Origin: Ascoidea asiatica JCM 7603
Taxonomy: Eukaryota > Fungi > Ascomycota
Assembly: GCA_001600695.1 (NCBI GenBank)
Contig: BCKQ01000023.1
Location: forward strand, 40,940-104,939
DNA length: 64,000 nt
Direction of reading: 5' to 3'
Of this stretch, positions 9,746 to 20,703 are shown piece after piece (positions within the stretch are counted from its first letter, which is position 1; every line of letters begins with the position of its first letter). Position numbers and translations under genes: made by a program. The notes beneath the pieces were generated by a model. That model saw only the letters and a list, made by a program, of their open reading frames with translations. It did not search any database and was not told where the DNA came from.

Positions 9746-11545
9746 ATGCCTTGTTGCTCACTTGTCAATAATTCTAATGGATTTTCTTCTAAAAAACCAA
9801 GAACTATGCTTGAAGATCCTTCAGTAAAATATAAATCTTTTAAACCAATCAATTTTCCAAATAGAAAATGGCCAAATAAAATTATTTCAAAACCTCCAAG
9901 ATGGTTATCAACTGATTTAAGAGATGGTAATCAATCATTACCTGATCCAATGACTGTTGAAGAAAAAAAAGAATATTTTCATAAATTAATTGAAATTGGA
10001 TTTAAAGAAATTGAAGTTTCATTTCCATCTGCTTCTCAAACTGATTTTGATTTTACAAGATATGCTGTTGAAAATTGTCCAGATGATGTAACTTTACAAG
10101 TTTTAACTCAATCAAGAGAACATTTAATTAGAAGAACTGTTGAATCTTTAACAGGTGCAAAAAATGCAATTTTACATATATATTTAGCAACTTCAGAATT
10201 ATTTAGAAATGTTGTATTTAATATGACTGAAGATCAAGCTATAGAAAAAGCAAAAGAAGCTGTAGCTCTTGTAAAATCATTAACAAAAGATGATCCAAAA
10301 CAATCTTCAACAAATTGGACTTTAGAATTTTCTCCAGAAACTTTTAGTGATACTCGTGTTGAATATTCTGTTAAAATTTGTGAAGAAGTCAAAAAAATTT
10401 GGCAACCAACTGAAGAAAATCCAATTATTTTTAATTTACCTGCAACTGTTGAAATGTCAACTCCAAATGTTTATGCTGATCAAATTGAATATTTCTCAAC
10501 TCATATATCTGAACGTGAAAAAGTTTCTATATCTTTACATTGTCATAATGATCGTGGTTGTGCTGTAGCTGCTTCTGAATTAGGTCAACTTGCAGGTGCT
10601 GATAGAGTTGAAGGTTGCGTATTTGGTAATGGTGAAAGAACTGGTAATGTTGATATTGTTACTTTAGCTTTAAATTTATATACTCAAGGTATTAATCCAA
10701 AATTAGATTTTTCAGATATGAAATCAATTATTGATGTTGTTGAAAGATGTAATAAAATCCCAATTCCACAAAGAGCTCCTTATGGTGGTGAATTAGTTGT
10801 TTGTGCTTTTAGTGGTAGTCATCAAGATGCAATTAAAAAAGGTTTTTCATCTCAAGAAAAAAGATGGAATTCTACTTCAAAAACTAATTCAAATAAATTT
10901 TGGTCTATTCCTTATTTACCTTTAGATCCAAAAGATATTGGTAGAGATTATGAAGCTGTGATTAGAGTTAATTCTCAATCTGGTAAAGGTGGTGCAGCTT
11001 GGGTCATTTTAAAAAAATTAGGATTAGATTTACCAAGACCTTTACAAATTGTTTTTTCAACTTTAGTTCAAAATGAAGCTGATTCTTTTGGTAGAGAATT
11101 GAAAGCAAGTGAAATTGTTCAATTATTTAGTAAAGAATATTATATTGATAAAATTCATAAATCTGTTTCAATTGAAGATTTTTCAATTGCTAAAGGAAAC
11201 AAAGAAGAAAGACAATTAGAAGCTGAATTAATAATTCAATCTCAAACTGTTGTAATCAATGGTAAAGGTAATGGTCCAATATCTGCTTTCGTAGATGCCG
11301 TATCTAATTATTTCGGTTTACATTTAGAAGTTGTTAACTATAATGAACATACTTTAGGTACTGCTGGTAAGAAATCTAAAGCTGCTGCTTTCGTAGAATT
11401 AAGTTTTCAAAATAAAGAAAATGAACAAAAGAAAAGATGGGGTGTTGGTATTCATGAAGATGTTTCTTTAGCTTCAATGTTAGCAATAACGTCTGTTTTA
11501 AACTCTTTAGTTGATAGCAGTGAAATAATTTTAAAAAAACATTAA
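9746..11545 (+). CDS. LEU4: 2-isopropylmalate synthase
   Basis: STDLRDGNQ, SLHCHNDRG, FGNGERTGNVD, AFSGSHQDAIKK, RVNSQSGKGG and the regulatory-domain GNGPIS motif. Confidence 0.97.
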   Translation: MPCCSLVNNSNGFSSKKPRTMLEDPSVKYKSFKPINFPNRKWPNKIISKPPRWLSTDLRDGNQSLPDPMTVEEKKEYFHKLIEIGFKEIEVSFPSASQTDFDFTRYAVENCPDDVTLQVLTQSREHLIRRTVESLTGAKNAILHIYLATSELFRNVVFNMTEDQAIEKAKEAVALVKSLTKDDPKQSSTNWTLEFSPETFSDTRVEYSVKICEEVKKIWQPTEENPIIFNLPATVEMSTPNVYADQIEYFSTHISEREKVSISLHCHNDRGCAVAASELGQLAGADRVEGCVFGNGERTGNVDIVTLALNLYTQGINPKLDFSDMKSIIDVVERCNKIPIPQRAPYGGELVVCAFSGSHQDAIKKGFSSQEKRWNSTSKTNSNKFWSIPYLPLDPKDIGRDYEAVIRVNSQSGKGGAAWVILKKLGLDLPRPLQIVFSTLVQNEADSFGRELKASEIVQLFSKEYYIDKIHKSVSIEDFSIAKGNKEERQLEAELIIQSQTVVINGKGNGPISAFVDAVSNYFGLHLEVVNYNEHTLGTAGKKSKAAAFVELSFQNKENEQKKRWGVGIHEDVSLASMLAITSVLNSLVDSSEIILKKH

Positions 11546-11791
11546 GCAAAAAAGAAAACTTTTAGGCTAAATAAAATGTTTAAACTTCAATGATTATTGG
11601 TGTATATATTTAAACTAAACAATTTCTTTCTTTTTCATTTTTACTTTCAGTTGTACATTCCAATTGTACTTTCTCTTATTTATTTCTCTATTCTACTTTA
11701 TATATTGGTCCAAATTAAAAAAAAAAAAATAAATTCAAAAAAGAGAAAAAAAAATGTTTCAAATTATAATTCTAAAAAGCTTTAAATAAAT

Positions 11792-13276
11792 TTAATCTTT
11801 CATACGTTCCCACACCTGGATATAAGATTCCCTTAAAAATAAAAATTCTTTTTCAACTTTTTTAACTTCAAGATTACTTATCTCATACCAATCATCCGTT
11901 ACTCTATCTAATAGTTGAATTTTCCAAATATATTTATCTTGGTTGAAATTTTTTTCATAATTTTCTGTTTTATCTTCAAGAAAAATATTAGATATTAATT
12001 TATAATTTAAAGAATTTTCTAGTTTAAGTTTTTTACTTGATTTTGAATTTGATTTTGATTTTGATTCAATGTATGGATATAAATTCAAATTCGTTAATGG
12101 AAAATTAACAACAGTTGGATTTCTTTCAGAACCATTTATACCTTTTATTGATTTATTTGAATCAAATCTATTAAAATGTATTATTAAATAGTCTTTTAAT
12201 TTTTTGATTTTGTAAGATTTATTTTCTCCCAATAATTCTTTAATAGTAATACCATTGAATTTATTTAATAAAGTATAAATTGAAACTTGAGGAATTTCAT
12301 TAATTGAACTACCATCCTTGAATAAAGGAATATTTGGTAAATCTAAAGATAAAAGCCAAAATTTAGTAATATTTTGTTTAAAATTATTAGTCTTTTCAAA
12401 GACTAAAGTACCATTTTGTGAATTTTTTTGAATATTTATTTCCTCTGAATTGATTAAAATTTTACCTTGAAAAGTATCCGTAAATATTGTTTGATTTCTT
12501 TTTTGATGTACTTTATCTGAATGACGATTATCATGTTCATAATGATTAATTTTAACAATTCCATCATTTAAATTATTTAGTAAAAAAATCAAAAAAAGTT
12601 TTGGATCATTTTTATTATCAAGATTAAATTTTCTTTTTGAAAGTAAACTAATATATTGTAAAAATTCATGAGGAGAAATATGTGGTTTAAATAATTTTGA
12701 AGACCAATGTTTTCTAATTAATAAACAAAATTTTTTATTTAATTCATTTTTATCTATAATACCAAAATTATTTGAATTCAAATAATAATTTCTTAAAGAA
12801 GGAATATGATTTAATAATTGTAATATAACATTTGAATAATCATTTGATTTTATATTATTTAAACCAATATAACCAATTCTATAAATTTTATGATTTAAAT
12901 CATATGAAAATAAATTATCTGAATTTGAATTACTATTTCTATCAAAATTATTAATTTGATTAATAGTAAAAGTTGGATTTATTAAATATTTTATATCACT
13001 TACACTTTCAAGTAAAGAAGTATCAATAACTTCAACATTCTCGGGAAGTATATAAATTTTTAGATTATTAATATTGATAAAAATATGATGATTTGAATTT
13101 ATAGAGTGAAAATAAGCATTTGATTTATTATTTCTTCCTTGAAAATATTTCCCACAAACTAAACATGAATAAACATTTATATCAGATAATGAAACTGAAC
13201 ATATTTTTTCAAAATCAAAATCTAAACTTGCTCTATCAATTGAGTCTATATAAAAACTATGGTCTAAAGTAACCAT
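11792..13276 (-). CDS. SAD1: U4/U6.U5 tri-snRNP factor Sad1 (USP39, inactive USP)
   Basis: LDFDFEKICSVSLSDINVYSCLVCGKYFQGR zinc finger, GLNNIKSNDY (Cys replaced by Asp), ESYIQVWE. ATG at 13276. Confidence 0.93.
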   Translation of the reverse strand: MVTLDHSFYIDSIDRASLDFDFEKICSVSLSDINVYSCLVCGKYFQGRNNKSNAYFHSINSNHHIFININNLKIYILPENVEVIDTSLLESVSDIKYLINPTFTINQINNFDRNSNSNSDNLFSYDLNHKIYRIGYIGLNNIKSNDYSNVILQLLNHIPSLRNYYLNSNNFGIIDKNELNKKFCLLIRKHWSSKLFKPHISPHEFLQYISLLSKRKFNLDNKNDPKLFLIFLLNNLNDGIVKINHYEHDNRHSDKVHQKRNQTIFTDTFQGKILINSEEINIQKNSQNGTLVFEKTNNFKQNITKFWLLSLDLPNIPLFKDGSSINEIPQVSIYTLLNKFNGITIKELLGENKSYKIKKLKDYLIIHFNRFDSNKSIKGINGSERNPTVVNFPLTNLNLYPYIESKSKSNSKSSKKLKLENSLNYKLISNIFLEDKTENYEKNFNQDKYIWKIQLLDRVTDDWYEISNLEVKKVEKEFLFLRESYIQVWERMKD

Positions 13277-13876
13277 TTCTTTTGATAAGAAAGAATAGTA
13301 AACTATCAATGAACAATAGAAGATGAATATTAAGATGAAGATAAAGATGAGGATTAGGAAGATGATTATGAAGATAAAAAAGAAAAAGTAGAACCTAATC
13401 CGAATAAATGTGATGAACTCATTTATCAATTAGAGAATATAAGTTATAACTTATACCTTTTCTTCTAGCATCAAATCTATCAAAAATAGACCTTTTTCCA
13501 GCTTTCGTGATAAAAATATTGATTCTCTCGAGTTTTTTTACCAATTTCCTCTCCCTCACCAAATGTTTGTTCTCTTTCTCACGGGAAAGTCACCAGGAAT
13601 AAAGAAGCGGGAAGACGCAGAAGAACACAGCGCATAAATGGCAACACAAAACTCTGAATTGCGCCCAAAATAAAAACGCACGCAAAATGCAAACTTTACG
13701 CAAAACGGGTCGGGGCTTGTAACCCTGGCATTCATGGGACCGCTTTATTGGGTGTGCTTCTCGATTTAGAAATTGAATGGAAAATGCTAAAAATGTATAT
13801 TAAAACAAGAAATTATAAACAAAGACAAATAAAGATAAACAAGGGCATTGGTTTCACTTCTAATGCAAATATATTA

Positions 13877-15448
13877 TTAATACTCATACAAAACCTTTAG
13901 GGTGTATGTTGCAATAAAGGGTATGCTGAAGAATATTATAGGATACTCAATCAAAAGACAAGATGCTAAACAAGCCATCTGAGCATTATTTCTTTCTTCA
14001 CTTTCTTTTAGGATCTCAGAGTTATAAGAGTTACTATTGTCATTGATAGTTTCATTGCTTTTATTATCATGAGTGTCTTTACTATCTGAAAGAGTTTTAA
14101 TTATAGATGATTCACTTGGGGTAGATTGGATTCCTTTATTTTCAATAGTATCTGAATCTGAATCTGAACCAATATCAAAACTAGAATCAGAATCAGAATC
14201 AGAATTGGAGTTAGACTTGGAATTAGACTTGGAATTTGAAATAAAATTACTTAATTTTTCTTTATAAATATATGAAAAAAGCGATGTCATATACACTTGA
14301 GCTGTAAAACTAGGTAATCCAAATGTTAGTATAATCACAAATCCTAAAATTTTTTTATCATTATTAAAACTTATCCAATTCAATTCATTTAATTTTTTCA
14401 CCCAAATTATTCCAATTATTGGCATTATTATTATTTTAATTATAGCCATAGTTATAATACTTATCCATAGAAATTTATTTTCAATAGATAACTTAGATTT
14501 TCCTAAAGTACCACCTAATAGAAGTAATCCAATTGGAACTTGAGCTGATCCAATATATGAAGTAAAATCCATTATAAAGTTTAATGGAGGATTTTCATCT
14601 GGTGCCGTTTTTATAAATACTGAGGAACTATCATATATAAATAAAGATCTTAACCATGGAACAAAAGCAATAATTATTGAAACTATTAAGGTAAATGAAA
14701 CTGGATGAAAGAAAGTTTCAATAAAAGTATTTATTATTGATTTAATTATCAGAAGTAATTTTGTTATAATATTTATTTTTGCTTTCTCTTTCAAATTTGT
14801 TGATTTATCTTTCATCAAAGATTCTAAATCATTTTCATCCTCATTGTTATCATTAATGTTGCTATTATTCTCAAGTGAGTTAATTGAAATTTTCAAACAT
14901 TTTTTAAAATCGTATTCAATTAATTTATAACCTCCAAAATTAAAAAATAAAAATGTTACAATAGCCATAAATATACATATATATGCAATTCCTTTTTCAC
15001 CTTCATTTTCATTAAATAAAATATATTCATTTTTATAATTTGATTTATCTAAAGTTTGAATATATGCAATTGGTATATCACTTACACTTTGAAAAGTACA
15101 AACAGCTAAAAACCCACCAAAGAATTCTTTTGGAAATTTCTTTCTATTAATTTGTAATATTATAAAACCATAAATAAAACTTGAGAAATATAAAATTACT
15201 GAAGATAATAAAATAACTAAAATTTCTTTAATATCTTTAATAGATAAATTTGTTATAATTTTATTGAATATTAAACAGGGTAATAATATTATTAATAAAA
15301 TTTTTGATAATTTGGCAGTTGTTAAATCATCCAAAATTTTCTTTTTTCGCAATATAAAACCTGCTATAATAATCAAATATATTTTTATTATTGGTTTAAC
15401 TGCGAACCATATCATTCTTCCTACAGCTATTTTATCAGATGAAGACAT
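13877..15448 (-). CDS. Auxin efflux carrier/PIN-like membrane transporter (Ecm3/YNL095C family)
   Basis: IWFAVKPIIKIY, LLPCLIFNKI, SDIPIAYIQT, PPLNFIMDFTSYIGSAQVPIGLLLLG; multiple hydrophobic segments. Confidence 0.85.
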   Translation of the reverse strand: MSSSDKIAVGRMIWFAVKPIIKIYLIIIAGFILRKKKILDDLTTAKLSKILLIILLPCLIFNKIITNLSIKDIKEILVILLSSVILYFSSFIYGFIILQINRKKFPKEFFGGFLAVCTFQSVSDIPIAYIQTLDKSNYKNEYILFNENEGEKGIAYICIFMAIVTFLFFNFGGYKLIEYDFKKCLKISINSLENNSNINDNNEDENDLESLMKDKSTNLKEKAKINIITKLLLIIKSIINTFIETFFHPVSFTLIVSIIIAFVPWLRSLFIYDSSSVFIKTAPDENPPLNFIMDFTSYIGSAQVPIGLLLLGGTLGKSKLSIENKFLWISIITMAIIKIIIMPIIGIIWVKKLNELNWISFNNDKKILGFVIILTFGLPSFTAQVYMTSLFSYIYKEKLSNFISNSKSNSKSNSNSDSDSDSSFDIGSDSDSDTIENKGIQSTPSESSIIKTLSDSKDTHDNKSNETINDNSNSYNSEILKESEERNNAQMACLASCLLIEYPIIFFSIPFIATYTLKVLYEY

Positions 15449-16031
15449 TGCAAGGCTTTACAGTTTTTGATATATTACAAAATCAAAAGAAATAATTGTT
15501 AATTTACAAAAAAGAAACGAAATATGAAGTATTGTTTTCAGAAAAAAAAAAAAGTAAAAAAATATATAAAAAAAGGACAAGATATATAGTCTGTTTTATA
15601 ATCATTTATACACTTTGAAAATCTTTGAAAAATGACAAAAAACAATAAAAAAAACACAGATATCTTTTTCTACCATTGTTGAACAGCAAAACTTATATCT
15701 CATCACGAATCAATGAGTAAAATCAATTTAATAATGCTCTAAACCAACATTTATCATAGCTTCTGGAGCTAAATGAGGCAAAAAAACTTGTAAAACTGCT
15801 CTAAACCCAAAACACCGAAAAAAGCACATACATTTGAAGATCTAAATGAAAATAAATACGGTAATAGTCGGTAATTTAAGGTTATGCAAGCAATAAGCCG
15901 GGATTTAAACAATTGAAAGAATAACCACAAAAGACGGTAATTGCCGTCAAAAGCCGTAAGAGTAAACAGAGACCAACAGCGTGGGTCCTGAATGTGGTAT
16001 GTGTTTTGAATTCTTGAAAAAACACCTTTGT

Positions 16032-16038
16032 GCTGTTT

Positions 16039-16080
<42 letters not shown>

Positions 16081-16104
16081 TGTGTTCGATCCACAGAAAC
16101 AGCA
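16032..16104 (+). tRNA. tRNA-Phe(GAA), intronless
   Basis: Acceptor stem GCTGTTT/AAACAGC, anticodon arm TCAGA-CTGAAGA-TCTGA, T arm with GTTCGATC. Confidence 0.95.
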
Positions 16105-16525
16105 ATTTGGCATTGTTTCTTTATTATGATTCTCTTTGGGTAGTGTATTGTTAGTTAAGCTTTTTTTTGTCTTTTTGTTCTGTAATTTTTTTTTTACTGT
16201 TAAACATAGTTTCGTTTTTTCGCTTTTTCGTTTTATTTTTAACTTACTTTTGAATTTATCATTCTTAATATATTTTTTTGCTTATTGTTCTACGTACTTT
16301 TCATAACAAATTTTGGTCTGGTTGTATTTTATTCACTTGAATATAATATTGTATTCCAGGAGCTAATTCGCTTTATATTTCTTGAATATAGGCTAGTAAA
16401 CTGATTACATTTCGAACTACAGAAGTCTTTCATAAATGCCAAAAGTTTATATTATAAAAACAAAGTCTATACTATTAAATTAAATGAGTGAATATATCGC
16501 TTATGAAACTGTTGAAGAAACCTAT

Positions 16526-19500
16526 CTAAGTTATTATAAGTGATTCAAAAGAAGAAGTAACTAAACTACTTTTTAATTGTGCCATCATTATATTTTTATT
16601 ATCAAAATCATAAACCAAATAAATATATTTTAAAATATTATATCCAAGAACCATTTGATCATTACTTTCACTTTTCAAAATTTGATTTTTATAAAGACAA
16701 TTCATTGGAGCATGCTCAATAACAGTTTCCAAATAATCTTTAAACGGAACTAAAATTTCAACATCGTTATCAAATGTAAATTTGAAATAATCATTAATAT
16801 ATGCCAATCCACATTCAATAGATATAGTATCACTTGCTGATAACGATTCTAATGTTTCTCCTCCTTGAATATCTTCTGCAAATAAATAGTTTATAAGAAA
16901 TTTATCATAAATAAATTCTGGTAAAATTAATTCATGATTATTGAATCCTAAATCTAAATTAACTGAAAGATCATTTGAACTAACTTCATCTTCATTAAGT
17001 AAATTTATTGAAATATTAAAGAAATTTTCATTTGCATCTTGATATGCATGAATAAAGTCAATATTTGTTATATTGATAAATAAACCTTCAAATATACCTT
17101 TTCTATATCTTGAATCACTCAATTCTTTTATTTCAAATGGAATTGTTTTCAATGTTCCTTCATATTTATCATGATCAATACCTCCGAATATTATTGTACC
17201 ATTGAAAGCATCTCCATTTTCTGAATAATCATATATACTAAAAAATTTTCCATTAATAAGATTCTGATTAACTAATCTATCCATAAATGTTTCATATTCA
17301 ACATCTTTATAATTAATCTTTGATGCAACACTTAATAATGGATTTAATCCTAAAATATTAGTTTGAAAAGTTGGATAATTATCACAATAAACAAAAGATA
17401 AATCATTTATAATAAAATCATTACCAAATGACATAAAATCATCCGTCTTATAGGATGAAGTATAATATGAGTAATTAGTACCTGCATTAGTTAAATTTCC
17501 AAATCCACTTTTAGAATTTTCAAAATTATAAAATACATCAAAAACTTTTGAAGTTTGATTAAATCTTGAACTTAATATTGAATCTGCAAACTCTGTATTT
17601 AAAGACATTTCAACTTCTTGTTTTGGATATCCAACAGTGAAATTAATATGATATCCTGGATAATCAAATGTTGAATTTTTAACAAAATATGGTATTTTAA
17701 TATAATTTGTAGAATTTAAGCTTGAAGTTGTATTTGTATCTAACTCAACTTTATTTGATGTTGATGTTGAAGTTTTTAAAGTATTGTTATTTTGAAATAA
17801 ATCATTTAATTCATTTGGATTTTTATATAAATTTTGATAGTCAATTGTTGGTAATGCCGTTGGATTTTCTGTTTGAACTGCTTCAATTGAGCTCAAAAAA
17901 CTATTTAATTCATTTTCTCTTGTAAATGTACTTGTAACAACTTCAAGATAAAATGATTCAGTTGTTGTCATTGTAGTTGTTTGGTTTAAAGAATTGGTTG
18001 TGGTTGAATTTACTAGATAATTATCACTAAGATGAGTGATTGTAAAAGAGGATGAATAATAAAAATAAGAATCACTATAATTTGGAGCTTTTGTTGTCAT
18101 TGTTTTAGTCCCTGACATTATTATACCATCTTTATTAGCAGTGAGAATATTTTGAACAGAATTTTCATCATCTTCATCTTCGTCTTCAATATCACTAGTT
18201 TCACCTGCCAAAAAATCATCGGAATCATAATCATATGTTGATCTTGCTAATGAAACAGTTTGATCCTCATAATCAACTGAAACGTATAAATACTTTAAAA
18301 AAGAATAACCTAGCGTTATTTCTGTTCCTATTGAATTTTCAATAAATGATAAAGGTGAGAGATAATATAGTGCATCGGTAATATTATAAAATTCTAGTGT
18401 ATATAATTCAGTAGCTGGTATTGATAAAATATATCCAGTAAAATTGAAATTAAAATTCAAAGTATTGAAATATTTCTGAGCTTTTGAAACTGAACTAAAT
18501 TTAGTTAAAGTAAATTCACTATTAACCCAATCAGTAATTGCTGAAAAAACAGCTGAAGGAAAATAAGAACTAGTTGAAGAATATTCACCACCTAAAACAT
18601 TAAATGATACAGAATATAATTGAGGTAATAAATTTGTTTGATTTACATTTGAAATAGTGGTATTACTTGCAGTAGTAGATGTTACATTTTTTTCAGAAAA
18701 GTATATTTGATTTAAAGTAATTGAAACCGAATCATTGGAAATTAAAGGAACAGTAGTTAAAGAAGTATCATTAAACATTGATTGATCTATTGCACCAAAT
18801 AATAAAGGACATTCATTCACGGTATTATTTCTTAAATTGAAAGATAAAATTTTTTTATTGATGGTATTATTGTTTATTAGAGCATCATAAATTGTTGTTG
18901 TATTATAATTAAAACCCAAAGATGAATTTGATGTTGATTTATCAAAACCTAATAAACCAAAACTTCCCGGACCACAAGTTGAATAATATATTGAACAAAA
19001 AGGTACGTTATTTAAAGTTTCCACTCTATTTCCAATATAATATTCCTGATCATCTTCAATTACTTCATAGAAAAAATTATTAAATGTCATTGTATCATTT
19101 ATCATTAGAACACCAATTGAAGAACAAGAAGAACCAAGACATAAATCATCAGATTTTACAATATTGGAAAGATTTGCAGGTAAATAAGTACCATAATCAG
19201 TTGAATTTCCAAAAGATTCCAGAGCAGTAATATTTTCTAATTCAAGTGATATATTTGGATTAAAAATAGTATCTCCAAAACCAGGAATCAAAGGAGATTG
19301 TAAATTTATGGTTGATTCCTGAAAATCTAAAGCTAGAATTATACCATTGATTATAGTTAGAAAAGTTTCACTTTCCAAATAATAATTTAGTAGAAAATAT
19401 CCATTTGTGTTTGAAGTTTCTGTTGTTTCAACTATAAGTACTGTTGAATTCGAGCTTGAGCTTGAGTTTGAGCTTGAGCTAGAACTAGAACTAGAGCTAG

Positions 19501-19681
19501 AATGTGAAGCTGATTTTGAAGCTGATTTTGAAGCTGATTTTGAAGCTGATTTTGAAGCTGATTTTGAAGCTGATTTCGAAGCTGATTTTGAAGCTGATTT
19601 CGAAGTTGAATCAGATGCTGAATTGCAAACAGATATTATAAAAAATATTAGTAAAAAAGACAAGGATTTAGTGATAATCAT
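16526..19681 (-). CDS. Secreted yapsin/pepsin-fold (A1) protein with two tandem protease-like units and degenerate catalytic motifs
   Basis: Signal peptide. Unit 1: GLLGF, LLFGAIDQS, ITLGYSFLKYLYVSVDYE. Unit 2: YHINFTVGYPKQEV, NILGL, IIFGGIDHDKYEG, VLGYNILKYIYLVYDFD. No DTG/DSG motif. Confidence 0.8.
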   Translation of the reverse strand: MIITKSLSFLLIFFIISVCNSASDSTSKSASKSASKSASKSASKSASKSASKSASKSASHSSSSSSSSSSSNSSSSSNSTVLIVETTETSNTNGYFLLNYYLESETFLTIINGIILALDFQESTINLQSPLIPGFGDTIFNPNISLELENITALESFGNSTDYGTYLPANLSNIVKSDDLCLGSSCSSIGVLMINDTMTFNNFFYEVIEDDQEYYIGNRVETLNNVPFCSIYYSTCGPGSFGLLGFDKSTSNSSLGFNYNTTTIYDALINNNTINKKILSFNLRNNTVNECPLLFGAIDQSMFNDTSLTTVPLISNDSVSITLNQIYFSEKNVTSTTASNTTISNVNQTNLLPQLYSVSFNVLGGEYSSTSSYFPSAVFSAITDWVNSEFTLTKFSSVSKAQKYFNTLNFNFNFTGYILSIPATELYTLEFYNITDALYYLSPLSFIENSIGTEITLGYSFLKYLYVSVDYEDQTVSLARSTYDYDSDDFLAGETSDIEDEDEDDENSVQNILTANKDGIIMSGTKTMTTKAPNYSDSYFYYSSSFTITHLSDNYLVNSTTTNSLNQTTTMTTTESFYLEVVTSTFTRENELNSFLSSIEAVQTENPTALPTIDYQNLYKNPNELNDLFQNNNTLKTSTSTSNKVELDTNTTSSLNSTNYIKIPYFVKNSTFDYPGYHINFTVGYPKQEVEMSLNTEFADSILSSRFNQTSKVFDVFYNFENSKSGFGNLTNAGTNYSYYTSSYKTDDFMSFGNDFIINDLSFVYCDNYPTFQTNILGLNPLLSVASKINYKDVEYETFMDRLVNQNLINGKFFSIYDYSENGDAFNGTIIFGGIDHDKYEGTLKTIPFEIKELSDSRYRKGIFEGLFINITNIDFIHAYQDANENFFNISINLLNEDEVSSNDLSVNLDLGFNNHELILPEFIYDKFLINYLFAEDIQGGETLESLSASDTISIECGLAYINDYFKFTFDNDVEILVPFKDYLETVIEHAPMNCLYKNQILKSESNDQMVLGYNILKYIYLVYDFDNKNIMMAQLKSSLVTSSFESLIIT
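19506..19601 (+). repeat. 12-bp minisatellite GAAGCTGATTT(T/C) x8, encoding (SKSA)n on the minus strand
   Basis: Directly visible; a poly-Ser hexamer run lies next to it at ~19445-19500. Confidence 0.95.
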
Positions 19682-20620
19682 TATTCTGTGAATGTGAAGG
19701 TGCCTGAATATATATTGTACAGCATGTGTGGTTGAAGATAGAAACTAAAACATCAACAGAATAGCAGACTTATATCTTGAATATGATCGAGTCTGTGGTG
19801 CCAGATTCCAGAATCCCAATTCCCAATTCATTTGCTATTCCACTGCAATTCCTTTTCAATTCCTTTTCAATTCCCAGTGCTTAGCATTGTTCTCCATAGT
19901 CTCTGACCATGTCTCTGAGCTCCTGTTGTTTTTTCCATTGCATTTCTTCCAAAAAAGGTGTTTTCTCTCTCTGCTTTTCAGTGTCTGGGTTTGGTTTCTC
20001 TGCTTTTGCACTGCGCTGCGTGCTACTTCCCAGGCCTGCTGCGTGGTATTTCGGCCCTCTCCGCCTGCGCGCCCGCTGATTGGCTACCGGTCTTCTGGCC
20101 CCAAATCCCGTGAATTAGGTCTCTTCACTCAGCTCCAATTCAGCCACTTTCACTTATTTTCAGTCTGCCAAAGTTCTATTTGGACATTTATTCACAATGC
20201 TTTCATGCAAAAATGATATATTCTTGATAATATTCATCATCATATCTCATTGACTTAATCAAAATCTCAATTACCATCAAAGTATTACAAAAAGTTATGA
20301 TAATATTAGTGTTTTTTTAAGTAAATGTCTCAAGTTTTTAGTAGAGATTCTAATTCTATAAGCTTTGGAATTGATTTTAGTTCAAGCATTGGCTTTGGTA
20401 TTTTTTTATGGAAATTTTTATAAACAAGCTTTGAAAACTTTCTTAAATTTTTAGACTACAAAAATAGTTTTGTTTTTAATGATCCAGATATTTATTATTA
20501 ACTCTGAATTTCATATTTTCAAAAACTTGGTTTTATTTGAAATATAATTTATATAAGAAATCCTATTCTTAATTGAACAAAATAAATATAATTATAAATA
20601 TAATTATAATCATATAATCA

Positions 20621-20687
20621 TATAATAATATAATCATATATAATCAATCATATAATAATATAATCATATATAATCAATCATATAATA
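20621..20687 (+). repeat. 30-bp direct repeat x2 plus a partial copy, just upstream of the ATG at 20704
   Basis: TATAATAATATAATCATATATAATCAATCA at 20621 and 20651. Confidence 0.85.
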
Positions 20688-20703
20688 AAAGTGGTTTGAA
20701 AAA

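Noticed and set aside
13277-13429. Hydrophobic N-terminal extension of SAD1 in the ORF track
   Set aside because: Starts at TTG and derives from a low-complexity (ATCTTC)n leader; the first ATG is at 13276.
15769-16113. 114-aa minus-strand ORF
   Set aside because: Antisense to tRNA-Phe, with no protein features.
19506-19601. Regular repeats as a possible CRISPR array
   Set aside because: No spacers; a coding minisatellite in a eukaryote.
19407-19691. (EADF)n ORF and other antisense or shifted-frame ORFs inside genes (e.g. 25614-25982, 31314-31607, 42616-42927)
   Set aside because: Shadows of repeats and codon bias in the real CDS.
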